Positions 12,400 to 25,598 are shown, counted from the first letter of the stretch. The stretch: 64,000 nucleotides of DNA from an uncultured delta proteobacterium (GCA_963808625.1 CAWEHK010000025.1:64001-128000); one strand, 5' to 3'. Translations and numbers: made by a program. Notes: generated from the sequence alone by a model not told the origin.

Positions 12400-13269
12400 A
12401 TGGAAGAGAGATGGACCGTGCTCAAGGTGCTCCAGTGGACGACGGAGTACTTCACCCTTAAGGGCATCGACCAGGCCCGCGCCAGCGCGGAAGTGCTGCT
12501 CGCTCATGTGCTGGGAGTGGAGCGCATCCAGCTCTACCTCAATTTCGATCGCCCCCTCGCCGCCGACGAACTGGCATCCTATCGGGCCTTGATTCGCCGC
12601 CGAGCGGCACGCGAACCGACGCAATACATCATCGGAAAACAGGAATTCTGGTCTCTCGAATTTGAAGTCACCCCGGCTGTTTTGATTCCACGCCCGGAAA
12701 CGGAACTGCTCGTCGAAAAGGCGCTCGCCCTCACCAGGGACACCTCGAAACGAGTGCTTGATCTGGGCACGGGCTCCGGGGCCATCGCCATTGCCCTCGC
12801 CCACGAATGCCCGAACCTTCGCGTCGTGGCCACAGACAGCTCTTGCGCCGCCCTTCTCGTGGCCAGGCGCAACGCCGCGCGCCATCATGTCGAAGAACCG
12901 CATCGCCCTGGTCGCCACCGATCTCTTTCACGGGTTTTCCGCTTCCACGCCCCGCTTTCGATGTCATTATCAGCAACCCTCCCTACATTGGTGAAAAAGA
13001 AATTCCTCAACTCGCTCCGGAAATAATAAAATACGAACCAAACACCGCCCTTCTGGCAGGCCCCCAGGGGCTGGCCGTCATTCGGCGAATTATTGGCGAG
13101 GCGCCGGCTTACCTGGCGAGGAGGCGGATCGTTGTTCCTGGAGATTGGGGCCGGGCAGGCAGAAATTCTGCGTACCGAACTGAGCGCGGGACCTTTTGCC
13201 GATCATTACGAATTCATTCGAGACTATTCGGGCATCCTGCGCATTTTGTGGTTGAGGGTTGAGGGTTGA
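12400..13269 (+). CDS. prmC: Release factor glutamine methyltransferase (indels)
   Basis: REPTQYI.G, LIPRPETELLV, LDLGTGSGAIA, ISNPPYI, C-terminal RDYSG..R; follows prfA. Confidence 0.94.
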
Positions 13270-13565
13270 TGGTTGTTGGTTGATGGTTGATGGTTGATGG
13301 TTGATGGTGGAGGGTTGATAGTTGAGGGGTGATGGTTGAGGGGTGAGGGTTGGTGGTTCAGGGTGAGGGCTTCTTTATTGGTTGTCGTGAAGAATGTTTC
13401 TTCAAGGTCATTGCAACCTTGGGCAGCGACTCACATCATTCGGAGCAAAAGAACCTTTCATGAAGATTCATACGGAGGCACATCCATCACCCACCCCCCT
13501 CCATCAACCATCAACCATCAACTCATCAACCATCAACCATCAACCATCAACCATCAACCATCTAC
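13250..13565. repeat. Inverted heptamer arrays (GATGGTT)n ... (AACCATC)n around a ~125 nt spacer
   Basis: G-rich array 13250-13368 and complementary C-rich array 13492-13565. Confidence 0.88.
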
Positions 13566-13580
13566 CCAAAAAGGTGAACA

Positions 13581-14833
<1,253 letters not shown>

Positions 14834-14902
14834 TGGTCCGGGTCGAGCCAACGTCGAGCCGCAGGCTCAGCTCCAAGCCCAGTGGAACCCGTTGGCGGTA
14901 TT

Positions 14903-14982
14903 GGTGGGCACGATAAAGCTGTGCCCACCCTACGATGTTTGAATCCGAGGCAGTAGGGTGGGCACGTCTTCTTGTGCCCACC
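14903..14982. repeat. GTAG-type REP doublet (GTAGGGTGGGCA...TGCCCACC)
   Basis: Two inverted palindromic units; a second doublet lies at 28902-28974. Confidence 0.8.
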
Positions 14983-15066
14983 GGAACTGCGCCGGCACTC
15001 AGCCACTCGTCACTAACCACTAGCCACTAACACTGTCCACTGATAACCGATAACTGAACTCGACCG

Positions 15067-17593
15067 ATGAACACTCAGTTCTTCACTTCCCTGGTCACGT
15101 CCTTTCTCGTGGCTGGTCGTCGCCTTCCTGACCGGGATTGCCGCGGAACATTGCTGCTCCTGGGCGGTTCCGGTGGTCTGGGCAGCGGCAGCGCCCTCTT
15201 CCTGCTGGTCTTGCTCCTGTTCGGACTGGTTTCGCAGGAGTCTCCCTGGCGCTCTCCCATCGTCCCGCTGGTGCTGTTTTGCGTCCTTGGTTTTTGGGCA
15301 GGGCGGCTGGCGAGACCCGAGCTGCCCGCACCGCCTAGCCTTGAACCCTTTTTCGACGCTCCCCAGACGCTTTTTCTCGGGGAAGTGAGCGTCACCCCTG
15401 GATTTTTACCCGGACAAGACGCGGCTCACGGTGCAACTGCATGCGGCGGTGGTTGAAGGCCGGGCGCTGCCGGCCCAAGGAGGCGTTCTCCTCACCCTCG
15501 GCAAGACTCGCAGCATGCCCGCCGAATGGTTTCCCGGCGACCAGCTCGCCCTGCGGTTGAGCCTCAAGCGCCTGCACAATTTCCATAATCCGGGCGGTTA
15601 CGATTACGTCCGCAGCCAGGCAGAGCGGGGAATTTACGCTCGAGCCTATGTTGCCGACGACCGCTTCATGGTGAAATGGACGGCGGCCTCCAACTCTTCT
15701 CCCATGTCCCTTCTGCAGGGGGCACGGAGCGGCCTGGAACGCTTCCGGCAGCGGGCGCTGCTCTGGATCCAGGGCAATCTTCCACCTGACGCGGCGGCAT
15801 TTTACGCCGGACTGCTTCTCGGTTACCAAAATCTCCTTTCCGACTCCTGGCGGGAGCACCTTAACCGGGCAGGAGTCACCCACCTCCTTTCCATTTCCGG
15901 TCTGCACATGGGACTGGTCGCGCTGCTGGTGTTCTGGATCGTGAAACGGCTTTTGCGGATCCTTTGCCCCCCCGTGCTGCGCCGCCTCGATGATCAGCGC
16001 ATCGCCGTGTGGCCGGCGCTTTTGGCTGCTGCAACCTATGCTCTCATCGCCGGCTTTTCGGTCCCTCCGATCTGGCGTTCCATGATCATGCTCACCATTT
16101 GCTTCGGTGCGGCCTATTGGTATATCGCCCCCGATCCCTTCTCGGTCCTTGCAGCGTCGGCCCTGGTCATCCTTCTTGTCGATCCGAACAGCCTCTGGCA
16201 GATTTCGTTTCAGTTGACCTTCGTCTGTATGTTCGCCATCTTCAGTCTCTACCCGAAATTCGAACGGTTTCACCTCACCTCCGTCCACCCGGCATTCACC
16301 CGGAACAAATTCCCGGGAAGAGTGATCGCCCCCTTTGAAGAAGCCTTCTGGCTGTCGGTCGCGGTAAACATCATGGTGCTTCCCCTCACGGCCTATTATT
16401 TCCAGGGGATCTCGCTCGCGGGCTTCCTTGCCAACATCGTGCTCGTGCCGCTCACCGGTTTTCTGGTGCTGCCGCCCGGATTGGCCAGCTCTGGGAATTT
16501 TTGCGTTCAACGAAAAGCTGGCCCTGCCGATTCTGAAGCTTGGCGGCTTTTTTCTTGAGGTTTTTATGGAACTGCTCCAATGGTTCAGCCACCTGTCATG
16601 GAGCTATTTCTGGGTGGGAAGCGTTTCCGCCCTCTTCCTGGTGATGTTCTATGCCGGGCTGGCGCTGCTGCTCTGCCCCTGGCGCCGGCAAAGCAAGGCC
16701 ATCGGCATCACGGTGCTGGTTTTCCTCGGCTCGACCATAACCGTCATGCAGCATGCGCTTCCCCGACCCGGACGAACTCGGGAAGCTGCAGGTCACGGTG
16801 CTTGATGTGGGTCAGGGGAGCTCGACCCTGGTCCAATTTCCGGGAGGGACGACCATGCTGGTCGATGGGGGAGGCTTTTACAACGAAGCGTTTGATCTCG
16901 GACGCGCCGTCCTGGCGCCGTTTCTCTGGCACTGCGGGGATTCACAAGCTCGATTACGTGGTGCTGTCACACGACCACCCCGATCATCGGAATGGTCTGC
17001 GCTTTGTGCTCTCTCACTTTGACGTCGGCTGCCTGTGGGAAAGCGGGCTGACGGAGGGCCCGCAAGGCTTCGAGCGAACTTGCCGCGATTGCCGGCAAGC
17101 GCAGATTCCCGTCAAGCAACTGGGGGAGATTTTCGGCCGGCACATCATCGACGGTTGCGAGGTCAGCGTCATCCACCCGGCCCCATCTTATCTTCAGACG
17201 AAATGGGACGGACGGAACTTGAACAACGCGTCGCTGGTGCTCCAAATCAAGTTTGGCCGAACCACGCTTATCCTCCCGGGAGATATCGATGAATCGGTAG
17301 AACCTGAGCTTTTTCAAGGTCAGACACCGCCTGAGCAATTGCTCCTGGTTTCCCCCCATCACGGCAGCGGCCACTCGAATCCCCCCTTTCTTTTTGACAC
17401 CCTTCAGCCGCAGACGGTTATTTTTTCGTGCGGCTATGATAATCTCTTCGGGTTCCCCTCGGCGGCAGTGCTGGCAGAATGCACAAAACGCCACATCCCG
17501 GTCTTCCGCACCGACCTTCAGGGGGCCATCCGGGCAACTTCCGATGGTTCAAGGTGGCAGGTGCAACCCCTTCGGGGATTCTATTCCCGTTAA
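15067..17593 (+). CDS. comEC: DNA internalization competence protein ComEC/Rec2 (indels)
   Basis: NPGGYDY, GVTHLLSISGLHMG, SFQLTF, then a metallo-beta-lactamase domain LDVGQG, SHDHPDH, PHHGS, RTDLQGAI. Confidence 0.93.
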
Positions 17594-17755
17594 GGAAAAA
17601 AATTGCGTTTCTTCATCTTTATGGATGCCCGCCAGAAGCATGCGGGGATGGCGATCTGTGACTCTCAGGGCGCTTTGGGTGTTTGAGGCTGCGGAAAACT
17701 TCAGGCGATGAGCCTTATTGGCAACGAGATCTCCTGAGACCTCAACCATCAACTA

Positions 17756-18724
17756 TCAACCATCAACTCTACGCCCTTCCCTGCCGGCAACGAGGTCACT
17801 CACCACTCCCTTTACCGTCTTGAAATCATGTTGGAACCAGCTTTTGAGGAAGGTATTGTCGGCCACCAGTTCCGGCGGGTCGCCGGGGCGAATGGGTTTT
17901 TCCACCACGTTGACTTTCGCGCCGACCGCTTCTTCGACGGTCGTGACCAGTTCCCGCACCGAAACCCCCTGCCCTCGGCCCACATTGGAAATGAGGCGCT
18001 CCTCGGAGGCAATGACATCGAGCGCCCGGATGTGCGCCAGCGCCAGGTCCATGACGTAGACGTAATCCCGGATCGCGGTCCCATCGGGAGTCGGATGGTC
18101 GGTCCCGTAAAGGGTGAACGTGCCCCCGGTCTCGACCGCGCGAATCAGGTTGGGCAGGACGTGAGTCTCCGGTTCATGCTTCTCATAAATCTCGCCTTCG
18201 GGATCGTTCCCGACCACATTGAAGTACCGCAGGGCGGCGAAGTGCAGGCCGATGACCGGGGCAACCGCAGCGACCACCTGCTCACACTGCCATTTGGAAA
18301 GACCGTAGGGATTGGTCGGCTCATGCGGGTGGTCCTCGCGAATGGTCGGCGTCTGCGCATTGCCGTAGGTCGCACAGGAACTGGAAAAAACCAGGCGCCT
18401 CGTCCCTGCCCTCTTCATGGCCTTGAGCAAAGCAACCGTCCCCCCGACATTATTGTCAAAGTATTCTTCGGGGAGCCTGGTGGATTCCTCGACATAGGCC
18501 TTGGCCGCGAAATGAATCACCGCATCCACCTTGAATCCGTTGAGGGCCTGGAAGAGCGCCTCCTCATTCCGGATGTCCCCGTAGGCGAAGGGTCCGAATT
18601 TCACCCACTCCGCCCAGCCGTTGGACAGATTGTCAAAAGCGATCGGGGTATGCCCCACTTTCTTGAGCAACTTGGCCGTATGCGAGCCAATGTAGCCAGC
18701 ACCACCCGTAACCAGGATATTCAC
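17756..18724 (-). CDS. galE: UDP-glucose 4-epimerase
   Basis: ILVTGGAGYIGSH, FSSSCATYG, PYGLSK, LRYFN, PDGTAIRDYVYV; GTG start with GGAGG RBS. Confidence 0.95.
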   Translation of the reverse strand: MNILVTGGAGYIGSHTAKLLKKVGHTPIAFDNLSNGWAEWVKFGPFAYGDIRNEEALFQALNGFKVDAVIHFAAKAYVEESTRLPEEYFDNNVGGTVALLKAMKRAGTRRLVFSSSCATYGNAQTPTIREDHPHEPTNPYGLSKWQCEQVVAAVAPVIGLHFAALRYFNVVGNDPEGEIYEKHEPETHVLPNLIRAVETGGTFTLYGTDHPTPDGTAIRDYVYVMDLALAHIRALDVIASEERLISNVGRGQGVSVRELVTTVEEAVGAKVNVVEKPIRPGDPPELVADNTFLKSWFQHDFKTVKGVVSDLVAGREGRRVDG

Positions 18725-18757
18725 CGTTCCCTCCTCCGCTTTGCAGGCCCTAAAATC

Positions 18758-18830
18758 CACCGCAGAGGCGCAGAGAACGCAGAGAAAATCCCTTATTTTG
18801 AATCTCTGCGTCCTCTGCGTCTCTGCGGTG
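18758..18830. repeat. Inverted pair of 9-nt-period triplets (CGCAGAG...CTCTGCG)
   Basis: caccgcagaggcgcagagaacgcagag ... ctctgcgtcctctgcgtctctgcggtg; relatives at 27449-27591 and 54988-55365. Confidence 0.8.
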
Positions 18831-19034
18831 AAAAAGAAGAATTTCAACCTTCGCCAAGCACAAATTCATTCCACGTCTCTCATAGCATATTTTCCATGGC
18901 CTTTGCACACTGATCGGAACCCGCCCCGTTACATCTGCGACATCTCTGCCAACGGAGGGCGGGTTTTCCAACCCGCCAGGTGCTCAATCTCCAAATCCCG
19001 CTTTGCCCATCCCCCATCCTATGATCGTTACGCA

Positions 19035-19122
19035 TCCCTCATCACTCGTTACTCGTCACTCATCACTCGTTACTCATCACTCGTCACTCATCACTCATCA
19101 CTCATCACTCATCACTCACTCC
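19035..19122 (+). repeat. Heptamer array (TCACTCA/TTACTCG)
   Basis: About 12 degenerate 7-nt units. Confidence 0.85.
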
Positions 19123-19194
19123 AAATCCCGCTTTTCCTTTCCCCCTTCTTACGATACTATTCCCCCGCCCCCTACAACCGGAGAACAAACAACC

Positions 19195-20102
19195 ATGCAC
19201 GACCACGAGACCGACCCAGCGACCCATTTTGTAAGCATCCATACCCTTTCCAACCGTTTTGAAGCCGACGTCCTGCTGGACGCTCTGAAGAAAGAAGGGG
19301 TCCCGGCGTTTCTCCGGACCTTCGAAGAAACCGCCTATGACGGGCTCTTCGTCTGCCAGCGCGGATGGGGATGGATTATGGTCCCTGAAGACGTTTCTTC
19401 GCGGGCCCGCGAGATCATCAAACCGCTGCTCGAAGACATTCAATCCCGGACCATCTACGTCGATCCCGCGGAAGTCGATCCCCTGCTCTGGGAGAGGCTC
19501 CGGGAGGCCGATCCCCGGGTCATCTGCAGGAACGCCCAGGTCACATACGATGCGGATCTTGCCGGCTATGTCGTCCCCTTTCTCGGGACCGAATTCCTGT
19601 GCTCGCCCGAGCGCCGGACCATCGAACCGCTCCTCGCCGGGGAGCCTTTCACCACTCCCGATTTTCAGTTTTACCTGGTCCTCCTTCATCATCTCCTGGA
19701 AGCCCAACCCCGCGAGCTTTCCGGCAACTGGATCAGCGAAAAGGAGATTCCGGGTGGCGAGCTCTTTTTTCGCGGCCTCCACGGGCTTCCGCTCGAACCG
19801 CTCACGCAGATCTTTGGCCGCGAGCCCGAACTCTTCCGGAGCGTCGCGGAAAAGCTGGCCGGCATTCCGGCCGCCGATGGGAGACCTGGCATTTCAGTTT
19901 TCCCTCTTTCCCCGGATTCCCTTGCGCCTCGTGCTGTGGGAAGGAGACGACGAGTTCGAGCCGGAAATGCTCATCCGCTTTGACCGAAACCATTACTTCG
20001 CAGCTCGAAAACCTGGATGTGATTTATGCCCTGACCAATGTTTTTTCGAGGACCCTCCAGGCCTGTGCAAAATCATTTTGCGGGAACCTGCCAGAAGGTT
20101 GA
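19195..20102 (+). CDS. DUF2007-like N-terminal domain fused to a DUF3786-like domain (one indel)
   Basis: NRFEADVLLDALKKEGVPA..R...AYDGLF..QRGWG, then WISEKEIPGGELFFRG.H and FPRIPLRLVLWEGDDEF. Confidence 0.7.
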
Positions 20103-20180
20103 AAAACCCTCGCCGCACTCATTCATGTCCGTCGGGGCTACCCGAAAATCGCTGGTCCGCTGGCTCGCCGTCCGCTGTTG

Positions 20181-20330
20181 CTGGTTCCCAAGCTCCAGCT
20201 TGGGAACCAGGGCCGGGGAAGCTCCAGCTTCCATTCGTTGACCGCGGATCCATCCACACGCTCGTCGCTTATTCGCTCGTTCCCAAGCTCCAGCTTGGGA
20301 ACGAGCGTGCGAGAAGCTCCAGCTTCCACT
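20181..20330. repeat. REP palindromes GTTCCCAAGC-TCCA-GCTTGGGAAC upstream of RAYT
   Basis: Copies at 20181-20210 and 20274-20307, each followed by GAAGCTCCAGCTTC. Confidence 0.9.
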
Positions 20331-20348
20331 AAACTACAGGAGTGACCC

Positions 20349-20882
20349 ATGCCTCGCAGCCGTTACCGCATACTCCACAGCCAATATCCACACTTCATGA
20401 CTGCAACCATCAACAACTGGCTGCCTCTCTTCACCTACCCCGAAGCGGTGACCATCGTTCTCGATTCCTGGCGGTTTCTACAGCAGAGCAGCCTCTTTGA
20501 GATCTTTGGTTATGTCATTCTCGAAAATCACCTGCATCTGGTTGCCCGTTCCCAAGACCTGAGCCGCGATATACAGCGGTTCAAATCCTACACCGCCAAG
20601 GCAATCGTGAGTTATCTACAGGCCCAAAACGCAACGCCATGGTTGCACCTGCTGGAATGGTTTAAACGCCCGCATAAAGGGCAATCCACCTATCAGGTTT
20701 GGGAGGAGGGCAGCCATCCGCAGATTATCGAAAGCGAAGCCGTGTTGAGGCAGAAGCTGGAGTATATTCATCAGAACCCAGTCAAGCGCGGTTATGTCGA
20801 TCTGGCTGAACACTGGCGTTATTCCAGCGCCCGGAATTATGCGGGGAAAGAGGGTTTGATAGAGGTTTGTAAGACATGGTAA
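20349..20882 (+). mobile_element. REP-associated tyrosine transposase (RAYT, Y1/HUH family)
   Basis: HUH motif YVILENHLHLV, QRFKSYTA, catalytic YIHQNPVKRG, WRYSS; REP palindromes on both sides. Confidence 0.92.
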
Positions 20883-21012
20883 AAGAGAACAGGAAGCTGG
20901 CGCTTCCACACCGGGTTCCCAAGCAGGAGCTTGGGAACCAGCAAAGACATAGTAAAAGAGAACAGGAAGCTGGAGCTTCACCGGGTTCCCAAGCAGGAGC
21001 TTGGGAACCAGC
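20871..21012 (+). repeat. Tandem ~70-bp duplication carrying REP palindromes downstream of RAYT
   Basis: aagacat.gtaaaagagaacaggaagctgg.gcttc..ccgggttcccaagcaggagcttgggaaccagc occurs twice. Confidence 0.9.
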
Positions 21013-21093
21013 AAAAGTCAGCAAAAGTTTGCCAAGGGTTGGTAATCAACGACACGCCCGACGTCCACCACCATTTCGCAGCCTTCGACACGA

Positions 21094-21321
21094 TCAGGTT
21101 CGCGCTTCACGGCCTTCACGAATAATCTGGACCACTTCCTCTGTCGAGATATTCAGGCAGATGCCCTCACCATCCAAAGGGGAATCGCGGCGAACCTCAG
21201 GGGTGATCAGGAAAACCTGGCCGTCCTTGCGCACTATCCTGACTTCCCCCTCTGTTGCCGCCTGTTCCAGCAAACTCGCAAGGTTCTGCCGTGCCTTTGA
21301 AAAGTTGTAAAGAACAGCCAT
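21094..21321 (-). CDS. Phd/YefM-family antitoxin
   Basis: YNFSKARQNLASLLEQA..EGEVRIVRKDGQVF. Confidence 0.8.
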   Translation of the reverse strand: MAVLYNFSKARQNLASLLEQAATEGEVRIVRKDGQVFLITPEVRRDSPLDGEGICLNISTEEVVQIIREGREART

Positions 21322-21587
21322 CAGCACACCTCCTTCACCTGGATGCCCATACTCTTCGCAGAGGCAACCAGATTTCGATCGAGCGAAACCAAAACGGCCC
21401 TGTATTTTTGAGCGCACCTGATGATGTAGGCATCGTATGCATAGATGTTCAGCTCATGAGCGATTTTCAACGACTGCTCCAGTTCGACATCGAGAAATCT
21501 TATGGGTATTTTTCCGTACACCTGCAAAGCCTTTAAGGCCTCGTCAGGGGTTATTCTCTTCCGCTTCAGCATGGCCGAGAAGGCATT
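21321..21587 (-). pseudogene. PIN-domain (VapC) toxin lacking its N-terminus
   Basis: NAFSAMLKR...IYAYDAYIIRCA....LVSLDRNL; the 5' part is replaced by a REP-like 34-mer (21588-21621, also at 18942-18975). Confidence 0.7.
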
Positions 21588-21827
21588 ATCTCTGCCAACG
21601 GAGGGCGGGTTTTCCAACCCGTTATGAGCTCTTTCCTCGTCATCTCGACCGAAGGGAGAGATCGTTAAATGAACAGCCACAGATGAAGAACTCTCGCTTC
21701 GCTCGAAATGATAGCGTTGCCAAATTATTTAGGAATCGATCTACTAGTGTTCATCCGGAAACTGCGCATGTTTGAGTTCGGACTGAAGGGGAGGGGTTTT
21801 CCCCATATGCATCAAGCTAACTTTACG

Positions 21828-21925
21828 GCCCTGAAGGGGCTCGATAAATTAGCCCAGGGTCAGCGCTAGCGCCACCCTGGGGAGCCAGGTACAACACGAC
21901 TGTCTACCCTGAAGGGGTTGCATAA
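21828..21925 (+). repeat. CCCTGAAAGGG / GCCCAGGGT..CGCCACCCTGGG repeat unit
   Basis: Near-identical inverted copy at ~32530-32632; direct copies at 32077-32250. Confidence 0.8.
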
Positions 21926-22357
21926 AACATAGCGGTACAACGATTTATTTAACCCTATGGACACTATCTAGACAAAGCGCTTAGTTTAGGATTTAATGCA
22001 TCGCCGACAACAATTCCGGTACTCAACGGCTCTTGAAGGAAATCATCTCTCCCAGCCGTCGCCTTAAAGTCATGCTTTATTGCCGTTCCGGGACCTTCAT
22101 AATGATGCTCAAATGCTCCAACAGCGCCAGGGAAGCTTTATCATGGGCATTCGAATTCAGTCCCCCAGCCTCACCGTCGTGGTTGACGATTCGCAAAGCC
22201 ATGGAAGACTCCAAAAGGCCGCCCCCTGGCCGCACCGTCACGGTTCACGATCAAATGAATCAATGGAAAGCAATCGGTCCGGAGCTTGTCCTGCTCCCTG
22301 GTTGTTCAGCGGCATAATAAGGAAATCCAATACGAGGAAGGGAAAGGAGCTTGACCA

Positions 22358-24979
22358 ATGAGCCCAACGGATGATCTGAAATGGCTTCGTGGAGGACGTC
22401 GTTTGATCCGGATGCTGGCTTCCGCCGGCTTGTTCTTCCTCCTGCTTCTAGCGGCGGGGTCGGGACCTCGGGCCGAAGGAACGGGCGCCGATGCCTTCCT
22501 TCGGTTTACGGCCGGCGGTCATGTTCTGGGCTTCGGGAAAAGCGCCCTGTACGTTGCCTCAGCCAACCACATGGTAAAGGTCGATTTGGCTGGAGGACGC
22601 GCGGTGGCGCCAGCCATGGAAGAAGGCGCGGTGTCAGGGGCGGGAGGCGCTTCCGGCAAGGCGCCGCCCCTCAGCCGGGTTGCCTACTCGGAGGTATGGG
22701 ATGGGGTAACGGTGATTTATGAAAAGCAGGACGACGCCATCTTGGAGAGCTCCTATGAGATAAAGGCGGGCGCAGGGAGAAAGGCTCTCGAACAAATCCG
22801 CCTGCACTACAACCGGCCGGTGCGTCTTGATGAGCAAGGCGATCTGATCATCCCCTGCAAAACCGGAGCGATGCGCGAACGCGCGCCAGTAGCGTGGCAG
22901 GAGACCGGCAGCGGGAGAAAGTACGTGACCGCGGCGTATCGCCTCATGAGCGAGCATGAGGTCGGGTTCGAGGTGGGTGACTACGAGGGTGGGCTTCCCC
23001 TCATGATCGACCCGACCATGACCTGGAACACCTTTCTCGGCGGCAATGATACGGATCAAGGCTATGGCATCGCTGTGGATGGAACTGGCAATGTCTACGT
23101 AGTAGGGGACAGTAATGACACCTGGGGCTCGCCTGTGCGCGCTTTTCAGGGTAACGGTGACGCCTTTGTGACGAAGCTTGACAGCAGTGGCAATCTTCTC
23201 TGGAGCACCTTCCTGGGCGGCGACGACTTCGATGAAGGCTTCGGCATTGCCGTGGATGGCAACCTGACCGCGAATGTTTACGTGACAGGATATAGTTGGG
23301 CCGGTTGGGGCGAGCCCGTGCAGGGATTTTCTGATTACAGCAACGCCTTTGCGGCGAGGCTCGCGAGCAATGGTGCGGTTGTCTGGAATACCTTTCTGGG
23401 CGGCGGCGAAGCAACAACCTATGGCCAAGCCATTGCTGTGGACAGTAATGCGACTGCGAATGTCTACGTGACCGGCTGGAGCGATGCCTCATGGGGTCCT
23501 TCGCCAGTCAGGCCTTACACAGGTTTGGATGATGCCTTTGCGGCCAGGCTCGGAAGTACTGGTGGGCTTGTCTGGAACACTTTTCTGGGGGGCAGCGGAC
23601 AGGATGCCGGCTATGGCATTGCTGTGGATCAAAATGGCAACGTCTACGTAGCAGGGGACAGCAATACCACGTGGAGCGAGGTACCGGTTCGACCATTTTC
23701 CGCCGGCGCGGACGCCTTTGCGGCGAAGCTTGACAGCAGCGGCAGTCTTACCTGGTATACCTTCCTGGGCGGGAGTGGCGAGGATCACGGAACCGTCATT
23801 GCGGTGGATGGCAATGCGACGGCAAACGCCTACGTGGCCGGATTCAGCTATGCTTCCTGGGGCTCGCCCGTCAATGCCTACTCGGGGGATGTAGATGCTT
23901 TTGCGGCCAGGCTTTCGAGCAATGGCGGGCTCCTTTGGAACAGCTTCCTGGGGAGCGAGAGCTATGATGACGGCCTTGGCATTGCCGTGGATAGAGACGG
24001 AAGTGTGCTTGTGACGGGTACCAGTACCGCCTCGTGGGGCTCGCCCCTGAGGGCGTTCTCGAATGCCGACAATCCCTCCGCCCACGATGCTTTTGTGGCA
24101 AAACTGAGTAGCAGTGGTTGGCTGACCTGGAATACCTTCCTCGGCGGCGAGCTGGCAACTACGTATGGCACGGCTGTAACCGTGGACACGATTACAAATG
24201 TCTACGTGACAGGTTATAGTGATTACACTTGGGGCTCGCCGGTGAGGGCACATTACCCATACGACCCGAACTCCAGCACCCTTGATGACGCCTTCGTCGC
24301 CAAGCTCCCGTCCACACCAACCCTGGTCGAGGTGGTTTCATTTCGTGCCAAAGCCGGAAGGGATTACATCGAGCTCACCTGGGAAACGGCTTCCGAGGTC
24401 CGGAACGTCGGCTTTTTCCTGTGGCGAAAAGGGAGCGGGGAGCGCTCCTCCGCCCGCATCAGCGGGTTCATTCCGTCCGAGAGCTTGTTTACCCTGGGCG
24501 CGAAGTATACCTATAAGGACATCGATGTGTTGCCGGGTGTCACCTACCGATACCGCCTGGAGGATGTCGATATCCACGACGGGAGAAGCTTTCACGGCCC
24601 GGTGGCGGCAACCATCGGCGATATCGTCACGGTCGCCCCGAAGCAGGGGAAAAAGGTCCCGGTTCGACCACGTCCTCGTTTCAGGTGGACCAGCGAGTAC
24701 TTCGACCGGTTCCGGCTGGAGTTCTCGGCAAGCCCCGGTTTTGAGTCAAAACAGGTGGTCGCCATCCCTCTGCCGAAAACTGGAGTAGCTGCCGCAAAGA
24801 CCCCGTGGCTCACGGCCCAGTCCTACACGCCTTTGGCTCGGGAATGGAAAGCGATCAACCGGCTTGGCTCCGGTGGCGGGCGCGTGTATTGGCGCGTAGA
24901 GGGGAAGAACAAACTGGGCGCCACGTTCCGCTCCAAAGCGAGTCATTTTTCCCTGGACCTCGGGCCTGCGTCCCAATGA
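22358..24979 (+). CDS. Secreted SBBP seven-bladed beta-propeller protein with a C-terminal FN3-like (PT..VxSF..WET.SE) domain
   Basis: Signal peptide; seven W(N/S/Y)(T/S)FLG..GIAVD..NVYV.G...DAF.AKL repeats; then PTLVEVVSFRA..LTWETASEVRNVGF..TYRYRLEDVD. Confidence 0.88.
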   Translation: MSPTDDLKWLRGGRRLIRMLASAGLFFLLLLAAGSGPRAEGTGADAFLRFTAGGHVLGFGKSALYVASANHMVKVDLAGGRAVAPAMEEGAVSGAGGASGKAPPLSRVAYSEVWDGVTVIYEKQDDAILESSYEIKAGAGRKALEQIRLHYNRPVRLDEQGDLIIPCKTGAMRERAPVAWQETGSGRKYVTAAYRLMSEHEVGFEVGDYEGGLPLMIDPTMTWNTFLGGNDTDQGYGIAVDGTGNVYVVGDSNDTWGSPVRAFQGNGDAFVTKLDSSGNLLWSTFLGGDDFDEGFGIAVDGNLTANVYVTGYSWAGWGEPVQGFSDYSNAFAARLASNGAVVWNTFLGGGEATTYGQAIAVDSNATANVYVTGWSDASWGPSPVRPYTGLDDAFAARLGSTGGLVWNTFLGGSGQDAGYGIAVDQNGNVYVAGDSNTTWSEVPVRPFSAGADAFAAKLDSSGSLTWYTFLGGSGEDHGTVIAVDGNATANAYVAGFSYASWGSPVNAYSGDVDAFAARLSSNGGLLWNSFLGSESYDDGLGIAVDRDGSVLVTGTSTASWGSPLRAFSNADNPSAHDAFVAKLSSSGWLTWNTFLGGELATTYGTAVTVDTITNVYVTGYSDYTWGSPVRAHYPYDPNSSTLDDAFVAKLPSTPTLVEVVSFRAKAGRDYIELTWETASEVRNVGFFLWRKGSGERSSARISGFIPSESLFTLGAKYTYKDIDVLPGVTYRYRLEDVDIHDGRSFHGPVAATIGDIVTVAPKQGKKVPVRPRPRFRWTSEYFDRFRLEFSASPGFESKQVVAIPLPKTGVAAAKTPWLTAQSYTPLAREWKAINRLGSGGGRVYWRVEGKNKLGATFRSKASHFSLDLGPASQ

Positions 24980-25434
24980 GAATCCAGCCGTGGTGATATG
25001 GTTGCCGGTGCCGGCGGCAATGAGGACTCACGCTTCCTCGGGCAAACCCCGGTTCCTGCTGGATATTTGCAGCATCCCTGGTGATCCGGCCTTGACGATG
25101 AAATAGAGGGGCGGAAATCAGATTTTCCTATTGCTTTCAGGCGCATAATATTGTTATACGTAATCGTTGTTATGTAAATGAATCGGGGGTCGTCACAAAC
25201 CAACCTCTTGCGCTAACGAAGAATTGTAAACACATAAATTCAATCACTTATGACAGCGTCCCGGGGTGACGACCCTTGCGTTTGCGTCACATTGTTCGAG
25301 AACTGCTGCCGACGGTGCCGTAGCAAGGTCGGGGTTTATTTTCATCCCTCAGGGTGAACCGTGCTCCCCGTTCATGCCTGTTAAGCCTGGCACAGCGCCG
25401 CATAGAAGCGTGTCCAGGTTCCGTGCTTAGATGC

Positions 25435-25598
25435 GTAGGTTGGGTTTCGTTCCGTTGCGAAACACGCAGATAGTTTTGAATGTCCCGGGGAACGAAACCC
25501 AACAAGGGCCGACCAACTGAAGCGGAATGTTGGGTTTCCTTCCTGATCAGTCACGGCATTGTGAACCGCAATCATGGTGAGGAACGAAACCCAACCTG
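25435..25598. repeat. GTAG-type REP doublet (GTAGGTTGGGTTTC...GAAACCCAAC)
   Basis: Two palindromic units with long loops in inverted arrangement upstream of the RiPP cassette. Confidence 0.7.

Noticed and set aside
20871..21012. Mini-CRISPR next to the transposase
   Set aside because: The whole 70-bp unit, including the would-be spacer, is duplicated; it is a REP tandem.
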